Both the position numbers and the translations under genes were made by a program. A stretch of DNA of 52,362 nucleotides from NCBI GenBank assembly GCA_963733195.1, contig CAVTCR010000013.1, positions 1 to 52,362 on the forward strand, given 5' to 3'. The notes beneath the pieces are model-generated. The model saw only the letters and a program-made list of their open reading frames with translations, ran no database searches and was not told the DNA's origin. Origin of the DNA: an uncultured delta proteobacterium (GTDB taxonomy: Bacteria; Desulfobacterota; Binatia; Bin18). Shown here piece after piece: positions 18,301-27,515 of this stretch. Every line of letters starts with the position of its first letter. Position 1 is the stretch's first letter.

Positions 18301-19394
18301 TATAGGTCTCCTAAATCATTTGTGGATCGGGCCAATACCATCGGCATTTGATCGAATCAAAACTGAGCGAGCGGAGGAAGGTCGAGTAGCAGTGTTTGAC
18401 CGCGGCGAATGTTTTATTGACGGCAAACTGCTTGCGTAGGTAGGTCTTCCCTTTTAACCACACGTCTTCGATCGGATTTTGCTCCGGGGCATTAGGGGCA
18501 AATAACAGGCAAGTGACTTTCCACTCCGGGTCGGCTAAGCCCGCATTCTCCGGGGCGAGGAAGGGGTGCATTGCGATCCCCCGATGATAACTCGCCCCAT
18601 CCCACAGCACGAGTAACTGCTTGTCTGGATAGAGCGTTTGACACCACTGAAGATACGCCACCGTGCTGGCTCCATCTCCAACCGGCCGCTCTTGGAGATG
18701 CACGGTCTTGGTCATCAGATTCATCGCGCCATAGTACGTTTGCCGCTCTCGCTCCTTCGTCATCGGAACCTCAATCGGGGAGTTACGCTTCCCCCAGACC
18801 ATGCCACAGACATCTCCCCACACTAAGGGACATTCGTCTTCCACCAAGACTATCAGCTCTCCCCGCTCGATGGCTTCCCAGTGCGGTGCCAGTTTTTTTT
18901 AATCTCCTCTCGCCGCGCGAGGATTTGCGCCTCATCCCGTTTGGGATTATGCTTCTCACTCCGATGGTAGCTCATCCCTCCCGCTTCCAGTAACTCGTAG
19001 TAAGATTGTTTGGAGCGATACTCCACCCCCTACTGCGCTTCGACATAGTCGTGCACCGCTTCAACACTTACGGTCTCCTGGGCCCCAATCCACGGCAGAA
19101 CCGCTTGCCGCTCTTCTTCGCGTAAATAACTTTCGCTGCCACGATGCCCCAGTCGCAGGACCGCCCCGCTTTCCGCTTCATACAACCCTTTCCACTTGCT
19201 TACATACTGCAGCGAGACGTTGAGCACTTGGCAAATCTGCGCCGGACTGAACCCTTGCGCGCCCATCTTTACACTCACCGCTCGCTTCACTTCGCGCGCG
19301 TCTCTCGCCTCGTTGATGATCGCATCAATATCGTCCATCAGTTCGTCTCCTCCTCCAAGCGATCATAGTCCACAAATCAAATAGGATCCCTTAT
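18301..19394 (-). mobile_element. IS630-family insertion sequence, transposase inactivated
   Basis: ORF-A (HTH, start 19338, premature TAG at 19030); A8 slippery run at 18893-18900; ORF-B with DE, WDGASYH, APEQNPIE. Imperfect TIRs ATAGGTCTCCTAAATCATTTGTGGA / ATAAGGGATCCTATTTGATTTGTGGA. Confidence 0.88.
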
Positions 19395-19495
19395 CAGTCC
19401 TCTCATAAGTCACGGGCTCGACGGAATAAGGAATGAGGCGTATTTAAGAGCTGCCGAGGAATTCTTGGGATTGTCATTGATGAGAGTGTATTTTC

Positions 19496-21470
19496 ATGGC
19501 TCTAGAACCGCAAGGAACATTCACAATTGAGCAAAAACCGTCTGCCATTATCGTCGCGCAAGGCAAGGTCCTCGACTTTATTGATGGTGTCACTCAACGT
19601 GAAGAAACACCCGAGGAGTATGTCCGTCAGGAAATCGCCAAGTCACTCGTTCGCGAATATCACTACTCCAAGCGGCATGTCGAAGTCGAATTTAAGCTCA
19701 AGATTGGCAGCTCTCGCCGTGGCGCTGACTTGGTCATTTTCCGTCCTGGCGCTGAGCATATTCAGGGAAATGCGTGGCTCATTGTCGAGTGTAAGAAACA
19801 AGACGTAAAACCTGCTGATAAAAAAGAAGGGGTTGCTCAACTCGAAAGCTACCTTGCTGCTTGCCCGAACGCTAAGTATGGCATGTGGACAAACAGCCTC
19901 GAACGGCTGTGCTATCGAGTGGTGATCCTCAAAGGCGAACGCAAGGTCGAAGAAATCCCGGACCTCCCTACTTTTGGTCGCGAAGAGGAGGAGGCTGAAC
20001 GGCCACGTTTCGATCAGCTCAAGCCAGCTACAAGCGACGCTTTGCTTTTTGCTTTCCGTCGGTGCCATAACTACATTGCCGGTAATCAGGGATTACAAAA
20101 GCCACAAGCCTTTTGGGAACTTCTCAAACTAATTTTCTGCAAAATCCACGACGAGCGCCATAGCACCAATGTTGAGTTTTATGCTGCGCCGACAGAGCGC
20201 CACGGTGTCAACGGCCGCTCGTCGTCAAAGCCCGTATCGATAAGCTTTTCGAGGCAGTGAAGGCGGATTTTTCTACCATCTTCAAGAGGAATGAAGGTTT
20301 TGAGCTTGAACCCCGTGTCCTTGCTTATCTTGTCTCTCAACTTCAGATGTACTCCCTGCTGGAGAGCGACGTAGATGTGAAAGGCCGCGCCTACGAAGAG
20401 ATCGTTGGCTCTAACCTTCGTGGCGACCGGGGTGAATTTTTTACTCCACGCAATATCTGTCAGATGGCGGTTACTATGCTCGATCCTGGTGAGAACCAGC
20501 TCGTTCTCGATCCAGCGTGCGGTACGGGAGGTTTTCTTATTACTGCGATGACCCATGTGATTGAAAAAATCCGCCCCGCCGAATTGAAAAAATGGAAAGG
20601 CGACATCAGCCGTGCGTATGAGCCCATTCGCGCTCGTGTGCAGCGGTTTGCCGAACGGTTTATTGCCGATCTCGACTTCAATCCTGAACTTGTTAAAGCC
20701 TCAAAAATGAACATGGTCATGAATAATGACGGTGCAGGTGGAATCTATCAGGCGAACTCCCTCGAAAATCCTGCCGTCTGGACCGATGACCTCCGTAAGC
20801 GTGAACTCCTCGGCAAGGTAGATATTCTCTTTACCAACCCACCGTTTGGCTCAAAGATCCTGGTTACTGACCCAGTCATTTTGGAGCAATACGACCTTGG
20901 CCATAACTGGATTTATGACAAAACTACCGATCGTTGGGAGATACAGCCCAACGTGGGAAGATCCCAACCACCCGAAATTCTTTTCATCGAACGTTGTGTG
21001 CGCTTTCTCCGCCCCGGCGGGCGTTGCGCCATGGTTTTGCCCGATGGCATTCTCGGTTCACCTGGACTCGGCTATGTGCGCGAGTGGATACTACGCCACA
21101 CTCGCGTTCTCGCGAGTATCGACCTCCATCCAGACACATTCCAGCCTCATGTCAGCATTCAAACCAGTGTGCTTGTTTTACAGCGCAAAGACCCGCAACT
21201 CGTCGCTGTTGAACAAGCCGCTAAGCGGCTAAACGATTACCGCGTCTTCATGGCTGTGGCAAATCACATCGGTCATGACAAGCGCGGCAACCGCACCTAC
21301 GTCCGTGATAAGCACGGTAATGAAGTCGTTCGCGAAATTGAGCGGCAGATGGTGGAATACCTGGACGGTACCCAGTCTATCAACCGCAACGCATTCAGGA
21401 AAAGGTAATAGACGACAATACACTGCAAATCGCCGAGGAGTTTCGCCGATGGCGCTCCGAGCAAGAGTAG
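19496..21470 (+). pseudogene. Fused restriction endonuclease (HsdR_N-like PD-(D/E)xK) and N6-adenine methyltransferase, frameshifted at ~20218 and ~21372
   Basis: ETPEEYVRQ, ADLVIF...IVECK; RGEFFTPR, DPACGTGGFL, TNPPFG, LFIER, VLPDGIL. Restoring single missing bases yields one ORF ending ...IDDNTLQIAEEFRRW...TAG. Confidence 0.85.
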
Positions 21471-22901
21471 TAGCTCCGCCTGTCCCATTACAATCTGTGT
21501 GGAAGCACCATACGGTCAAATGGGGGGAGCTGCCATCGCACGTCTTCTGGAAAGGCGACCGTTGCATGGAGGCGGAGACATATCTCTCCTCCGGCTACGG
21601 TCTTCGTCTCGCCATTGAGGAACGACCTACAGGCTGGCGGCGATTCGAATCAATGGCGAATGTATGGCAGCCATCTCGACTGAAGGGCATCCAAGTTGGC
21701 CCTGAATTTGGGACGCCGTTCCTCGCCGCTACGCAAGTCTTTGATATTCGTCCCGTGCCCCGCAAGTGGCTCGCCTTGCTCGCACAGACAATGCGGAGAA
21801 GCGCTTCGTCACGTACGGGCACTATTCTTGTTACCTGCTCAGGTAGCGGTTGGTCGTGCACGCTTGCGCGATGCGCGCAAAGTGAGACGCTGATTTCTGA
21901 CGACCTCCTCCGTGTGAAGCGCGCGAGCCAGAGCAATGGGGTTGGACTTATGCCTACCTTCGTTCACCGCAGGCACGGGCAATGATGAGCAGCGCGCAAT
22001 ACGGGCGCATCATCAAGCATCTCGAAACCTCGCATCTTGATGCACTACCAATCCCATTAGTGAGAGATGATATTGCCGTTGACTTCCACAACCGCACACA
22101 GGCGATTCTTAAGCTTGCAACGCGCTTACGGCTTGCGCTGGAAGCGGAGGTGCGTTTGAGCAGGCGCTCGGCCGCTCAAGATAAAGGATTGGGGAGAAAC
22201 GGCTTCGATGTGTGCTCCACACTTTTCGCGGGACGCGCGCTCGAAGCACACTACATAACCAGGCGTCTCAGCATTCGCGTCACTTGCTAAGCAAGGACGC
22301 GACTTTAGATTGCGGATTTAACTTTGATATATGGTTGCAACACGTTGTCGCATCCTGCAGAGGATGGAGTCTGGTTTTGACAGCGCAGACCTGTTTGAAA
22401 CTAACCTGACTTACGAAACGCATTGCTGAAGCTGACTTCGGCGATAAACACGAAGGGCAAGTTAAATCGGGCTGGTTACCTTGCCAGTCGGTAAACCTAT
22501 GGTCTCAATGGTAGCTCATCCTTGCTACGAAGCACTTGAAGATAAGATCATCTCTGACACGTTATTCGTATTGCACACAAGAAAATCCAAAGACACGTGT
22601 TGGTTATATTTATGCCGCACTTTCACACCTGACTCTGGGCGTCTCTGGTGAAGTCGCTTGCCTACGGATCGAGCATTCCAGAAATTGACCCCAACGATTT
22701 TGCTGAGATGGAATTTGTCGCCTCACTTCGAGTGAAGAAGATGTCATCGCCGACCTCGCCGAGGAATCCGCCGCCGAGCGGGCACGAGCGGACGTGCTGG
22801 AACGCGAGTTGGCCACAGATGCGGGCAACTTGGTTGATCGCTTTATCGCTGGCGATATGGCCAATTTTGTTACCACACGTGCTGTAGGAAGAACTGAATA
22901 A
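21449..22901 (+). pseudogene. Restriction-modification specificity (S/TRD) subunit, heavily frameshifted
   Basis: GTPFLAATQVFD, GTILVTCSG, ISDDLLRV, YGRIIKHLE...LPIP, AYGSSIPEID fragments; C-terminal helix ends TAA 22899-22901. Confidence 0.72.
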
Positions 22902-22956
22902 ATTGAGGATACTCCTCCAAAGAGAGCATTATTCGCGGCGTCATAGTGTAGAGGTG

Positions 22957-23393
22957 TTAGCCTTGCACTCCCACTTTCCAGGGAATGTTCAAGTCAGCCA
23001 ACAAACGGCGAATGTTTAGCAGGTTAGAATGATTCATCTGAAGACACACTACAGTTGCTCTCCCGTGTGTTGAGGTTCCTACAAGAGTGAATGGAGATTG
23101 CTCTGACCACTGAAAATGTTCCTCCCACTTTTGTATCCGAGGGATTGAACAGGGAGACCCGCTGACCTGACTCGGGATCTTCACCATCAGTATGAGCTCA
23201 CTTATGCGCGTTACAATGCGGGCATGCCAGAGCCAGGTTGAAGAGTTCTGTTTGACCACCCCGAGATCGTGGAAGTATATGGTCGATTTCGAAGCCACTA
23301 ATCTGGAATTGTGCGGGTAGTTGACAGTATTCACAGCGATTGCTAGCCCGCCGAACCACTGCGTCGCGGAGTTGTTCGGACACGTTTACTCAT
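22957..23393 (-). pseudogene. HNH endonuclease (copy 1) with a nonsense codon and frameshifts
   Basis: RCEYC, EIDHILPRSRGG, NLALACPHCNAHK*; TGA stands where Trp is plausible; then LFNP|R.QKWEEHF.W...GRATV. Confidence 0.85.
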
Positions 23394-23659
23394 GGATCAG
23401 GCAACAGACCAGGAAGCGCGGTACGCAATCGAACCAAAGCGGTTTGCGCTTCAAGCTTTTCGATCGTGCGTTTGTGCATGAAATCGACCAAAGCGAGAAG
23501 CTCCTCATGCTCTTCAAGAGTGAGAAATTCTTTGCGTTCGCCTAAATCGTGCATCCGTTTGCGTAGGAGCGGATTAAGTTCGTAGTCTGCCATTTTGTGC
23601 AGAGCTGCGGCACAAGCTTGAATAGCGGACTGGAATTGTGGATCTGCTGTCGACACCAT
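23390..23659 (-). CDS. Small helical protein coupled to HNH copy 1 (putative antitoxin)
   Basis: RMHDLGERKEFLTLEEHEELLALV; its TGA overlaps the HNH ATG (ATGA). Confidence 0.7.
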   Translation of the reverse strand: MVSTADPQFQSAIQACAAALHKMADYELNPLLRKRMHDLGERKEFLTLEEHEELLALVDFMHKRTIEKLEAQTALVRLRTALPGLLPDP

Positions 23660-23853
23660 GATCATTACTGTGAGAGCTCTTCTTTGAAATGCAAACAGTC
23701 TATCTGAGTATGGTCCATAGCTTGTGGCAAAGCAAGATTGAGGGGGGTATTGCTCAAGTAGCCTCTCCCTCAACTCTTGAGAAGGGGCATGCGCCCTCAC
23801 ACTAGCTCTTAAGCGTATAAAAGTCTCGCTTTTCGTACGGAAAATCTTCCAGC

Positions 23854-24240
23854 TCAAAGTTCTGTATGCATATAAGGGAGTCGAGGATTCAAATAGTACG
23901 CACGGATCTCGGCGATCAGATTTTCGCGAAACACATACCATTCTGATCCACGGACGAGTTGTGGTTTCTGTTGTCCATCAGGAGTCCAACGCATCGTCCA
24001 CTCGATCACCGCTTCGTCACCTTGCACAAGCGCGTGATCCACTAGCCATTCACCTTTGACTCGCGGTTGCATTTTCACCCAATACGTTGCTAACGCTTCA
24101 GCTCCACGTATCGGTTTGTGATGCGTAAAGTAATGAACCACATCGTCTGTGAAAGTGGACTTAATAAGTGCAGCGTCAGCTGTATTACAGCCGTGGTAGT
24201 AGCGTTTGATGGTTTCAATGTGTGGATGGTCTTGGGACAT
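23854..24240 (-). CDS. NTF2/SnoaL-like protein
   Basis: IKRYYHGCN..D...FTDDVVH...GDEAVIEW...RGSEWYVF...IAEIRAYY; AAGGAG RBS. Confidence 0.85.
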   Translation of the reverse strand: MSQDHPHIETIKRYYHGCNTADAALIKSTFTDDVVHYFTHHKPIRGAEALATYWVKMQPRVKGEWLVDHALVQGDEAVIEWTMRWTPDGQQKPQLVRGSEWYVFRENLIAEIRAYYLNPRLPYMHTEL

Positions 24241-24251
24241 ATTATTCTCCT

Positions 24252-24668
24252 TTACGGAATCAATCCTGCCACGCGCCAGAAAGGTCGTGCCTTCTGCAAG
24301 AGCTTTGCATTCATATCGAGGGCGAGAACAGTTGCTCGTCCAATCGCAGTCCGACCAAGCAGCTTCGTCCAACTCTGGCTCCAACGAAAATGATCTTCCC
24401 ACATATCCATTCGAGGATTGTAGAGCCGAACTCGTATCCTTGAGCGTGGATCAATCCCCACGGTCCGGTTACTCTTGGCAATGTTGCAATGGGAACAGGC
24501 GAAGCAGAGGTTCTCGGCAACTGTCTGACCACCTACCGAGCGAGGAATCACATGGTCGAGATGAAATGTTTGTCCGATGAGAATTTGTGGTGCGTGACAA
24601 TACTCGCAGTGCCCGGCTGCTCGCATTCTTATCAGTGTCGTCAAGCGAGCAGATACCCTAGAGGTCAC
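24252..24668 (-). CDS. HNH endonuclease (copy 2, intact)
   Basis: HCEYC, HLDHVIPRSVGG, NLCFACSHCNIAK, LYNPR..WEDHF.W, GRATV. Confidence 0.9.
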   Translation of the reverse strand: MTSRVSARLTTLIRMRAAGHCEYCHAPQILIGQTFHLDHVIPRSVGGQTVAENLCFACSHCNIAKSNRTVGIDPRSRIRVRLYNPRMDMWEDHFRWSQSWTKLLGRTAIGRATVLALDMNAKLLQKARPFWRVAGLIP

Positions 24669-25072
24669 ACGTAGGCATTCTCCGATCGAGGTTCAGAGTG
24701 TGAAAAAGATGGTTTCCGCAAAGCTTGCTGAAAGCGCTGCTTGAACGGCTTCCCTCGTTCATCAAAAAGTTCTGGACGCAACACTTTGGCGAGAGCCTGG
24801 GAGTTTGCCAACATAAGTTCGTCGACTTCAGAGCCAAGCCGCCGAAGTTCTCGCCGTTCTGATTGGCTCAGCCGATTCTCGCTGTGTTTATCCATGAGCA
24901 CTGTCAAACGAGCTTGTTTTTGTGAAGAAAGTCGATGGAGATACACTACGGTGGTACGTTGATCCGACATCGTAGATGAGATCAGTCGTTCAGCTAACTG
25001 TTTTTGCTGCTTCAGTGAAAGCTGTTGTACGGCCGCTAGTGCAACCTTCAGTGCTTGATTATTTTGCGCCAT
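24665..25072 (-). CDS. Helical protein coupled to HNH copy 2 (putative antitoxin)
   Basis: RLTVLMDKHSENRLSQSERRELRRL; GTGA overlap with HNH; GAGAGG RBS. Confidence 0.7.
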   Translation of the reverse strand: MAQNNQALKVALAAVQQLSLKQQKQLAERLISSTMSDQRTTVVYLHRLSSQKQARLTVLMDKHSENRLSQSERRELRRLGSEVDELMLANSQALAKVLRPELFDERGKPFKQRFQQALRKPSFSHSEPRSENAYV

Positions 25073-25141
25073 GTCTATTGCCTCTCTCCACCAAAGGGCA
25101 ACATACACAATCGTAGCATACGCAAGATCTTCAACAACGGA

Positions 25142-27385
25142 TTACACTGCCAACTGAATATCCCACAACGGCGGATCGGTGGGCCGGACGAGTTCAGTTT
25201 GGATCAACAGTCCACAGCTTGGACAGGCGTAGCTGCGAAATACAATCTTGTCATCGACATAGACTTTGGGGTTGAGTACATAGGGATTTACTGCGGTGAT
25301 CGGATGTTCGCTGGCGGCACAAGAAAGTTTGTAATTCTCCGTGGCTGAACAGATCTCACTGCCGCACTTACTACACGCGAAGACTCCGTCAGCAAGCAAC
25401 AAGCCTTCAGCGATACGGCGAGCAGTGGTTGTATCAACTTTTCGTCGTGCTTGCTTCGGTGACTTCCGCAGCCGTGCTTTGCGTAGTTTCGTACGCTGCT
25501 TCTCTGTAGCCTTGAGATCAATATTGCTTTGCTCGTCGAGCATCACTCCATAGATTTCCTGTGCCCAGTCACGACTAGTGTTCCCGCGTTGAATATCGCT
25601 CATAACCCGCTCTGGATCACGTTCGAGCGGATCGCCGTAGCCGCCTGCTCCGGCCCAGGATAACAAGAAGACATCATTGGGAGTCTGTATCACATCAAAT
25701 GCTTTTGGCGCGACATGTTGTAACTTCCCTTGTAGCTCTTCGGCGCTGGTCGGCATACTTCCGGTTTCGCGAATCTGCTGCGTGACGTTAGCATTCACTT
25801 TCATGCTGAAACGCGTCGTGGCCGGAGACAGACCACCATGCAACCCTGGTCCCGGCACTGCGCAGTGCCCCGAAGCGGTGAAGAGCGAAATTTGCTCTGT
25901 GCCATGCGGAATGAAGGCCAGCTCAGCAGAGTTGCCACCGCGATATTTCCCTGCCCCACCTGAGTTTACCAGCTCTTTGCGCCAGAGATACAAGATCGGA
26001 TAAAACCATTCGTTATCTTCGACGTTCGGCATTGTGCTTTGCAGATCCCACGGCCATCCACCGGTGTCGATGCCATCACGCCAGGGCGATCCAGCGAGCG
26101 CGGCACCAACGGGATCAAGCAAGAACGATGCATACGGCGCGCCTCTTTGGTCGATGCCGCTGAACGCACAGACTGGATACATAGCAGCTCCCATACAGCT
26201 CTGGACTTCACTGCGGAGTTGTTCGTCAGACGAGCAGGCCAACATCTTGGAGATGACTAATCCAGACAAAGCGATCGTTTGGAGCAAGACGCCCGGTGGT
26301 GCTGCCGAGACCGCGGCTGGGAAAGTGGCGCATGACACTGTTCCTGGCACGACATCAAACTCCATGTGACGATAGGCACCTTCCACCACAAACATTTGAT
26401 CAAATAACATCTGCGAACAAATCATCGAAGCAACGGCACCTTTCCAAGCAACAAGGGTACAATTCAGCGTTCCAGCTTGTGGATCACTACCTTCATTGGA
26501 GAAGATAAGTTTATCGCCGCGTTTGGTCAGCACCAGGGAGTTGCGGTACAGATGTCGGTCGCCAGGGCCTTTCAATTCAATCCAGCTTGATTCACGCCAG
26601 GTGCCATCTGGTATAGTTTCCAGCCGTTTAAGAAAGGCTTTTTCTGAATCATCTTGTAACTTACGCATTACGCCTTTGATTGTTTCGGCACCATAACGAG
26701 TGATCAGCGCAAGTATTCGTTCACGTGCAACGTTGCATCCGGCAATCTCGGCGCGCAGGTCCAGTGCCACTAACTGTGGCATGCGCGAGCGACGTGAGTA
26801 TTCTTCTTCCAGATCTTTGCGGAGCTTCCCGCCTTCAACAATCTTAATTGGTGGAATACACCCGGACTCCCAAAACACATCAACAGCCATTGGGTTGAAG
26901 CCGCCAGGTGCCGTGCCGCCCATGTCCCATTGATGAAGCGTGTTGCCGACCCAACAGAACAATTCTCCTTCCCAGAACACTGGCGCAACCAACGCGACAT
27001 CTGACTGATGCGTTGCACCGATCCATGGGTCATTGGTGAGAAAGATATCGCCATCCTCAATACCGGGATTGTCAGAGCGGTGCTCCATTGTCCATTTGAC
27101 CGCAGAGCCAGTGGCCGAGGACAGATACTGAAGAAACGGACCGAAGAAAACGAAGTCACCATTTTCATCCATCAGCGAAGGATTGAAGTCATGACCATAG
27201 GCACAACTGGGCGAGCCGGAAATGCGCATGATGGTATTGCCGTGCTCAACGTTAATGTTCCACATCGCATGGCGCACGACTTCATACGTGACAGGATCAA
27301 TCTTCTCTGTTGCACGCGTATGCCGTTTCAGCTTGGGATCGATCTTCAAGTGTCTTACTTGGAATGTATGGATAGGTGCGGCCAT
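25142..27385 (-). CDS. Hydantoinase B/oxoprolinase-family subunit with a fused acetone-carboxylase gamma-like Zn domain
   Basis: DPVTYEV, GDIFLTNDPW.GATHQSD, HQWDMGG, SGGAGKYRGG, GAGGYGDPLERDP; C-terminal CSKCG...ENYK...CPSCG. Confidence 0.9.
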   Translation of the reverse strand: MAAPIHTFQVRHLKIDPKLKRHTRATEKIDPVTYEVVRHAMWNINVEHGNTIMRISGSPSCAYGHDFNPSLMDENGDFVFFGPFLQYLSSATGSAVKWTMEHRSDNPGIEDGDIFLTNDPWIGATHQSDVALVAPVFWEGELFCWVGNTLHQWDMGGTAPGGFNPMAVDVFWESGCIPPIKIVEGGKLRKDLEEEYSRRSRMPQLVALDLRAEIAGCNVARERILALITRYGAETIKGVMRKLQDDSEKAFLKRLETIPDGTWRESSWIELKGPGDRHLYRNSLVLTKRGDKLIFSNEGSDPQAGTLNCTLVAWKGAVASMICSQMLFDQMFVVEGAYRHMEFDVVPGTVSCATFPAAVSAAPPGVLLQTIALSGLVISKMLACSSDEQLRSEVQSCMGAAMYPVCAFSGIDQRGAPYASFLLDPVGAALAGSPWRDGIDTGGWPWDLQSTMPNVEDNEWFYPILYLWRKELVNSGGAGKYRGGNSAELAFIPHGTEQISLFTASGHCAVPGPGLHGGLSPATTRFSMKVNANVTQQIRETGSMPTSAEELQGKLQHVAPKAFDVIQTPNDVFLLSWAGAGGYGDPLERDPERVMSDIQRGNTSRDWAQEIYGVMLDEQSNIDLKATEKQRTKLRKARLRKSPKQARRKVDTTTARRIAEGLLLADGVFACSKCGSEICSATENYKLSCAASEHPITAVNPYVLNPKVYVDDKIVFRSYACPSCGLLIQTELVRPTDPPLWDIQLAV

Positions 27386-27420
27386 CCCATTGAATCGCTG
27401 GTTGTGACACTGGTCCTCCT

Positions 27421-27515
27421 TAAAACGTGAAGCGTGATACGTGAAACGTAATGCGTAAAACGTAAAGAAAAAGGAGAAGGAGAGATGAGTGGTTACGTTT
27501 TATTCTTTACGCATT
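27421..27515. repeat. AAACGTR heptamer array with inverted copy
   Basis: AAACGTG AAGCGTG ATACGTG AAACGTA ATGCGTA AAACGTA ... TTACGTT...TTACGCA. Confidence 0.7.

Noticed and set aside
23660-23941. N-terminal extension of the 183-aa ORF 23390-23941
   Set aside because: It overlaps the SnoaL gene and intergenic DNA; only the last ~90 aa look like a real protein.
17301-25072. Prophage or integrative element
   Set aside because: No integrase, structural or conjugation genes, and no flanking att repeats found.
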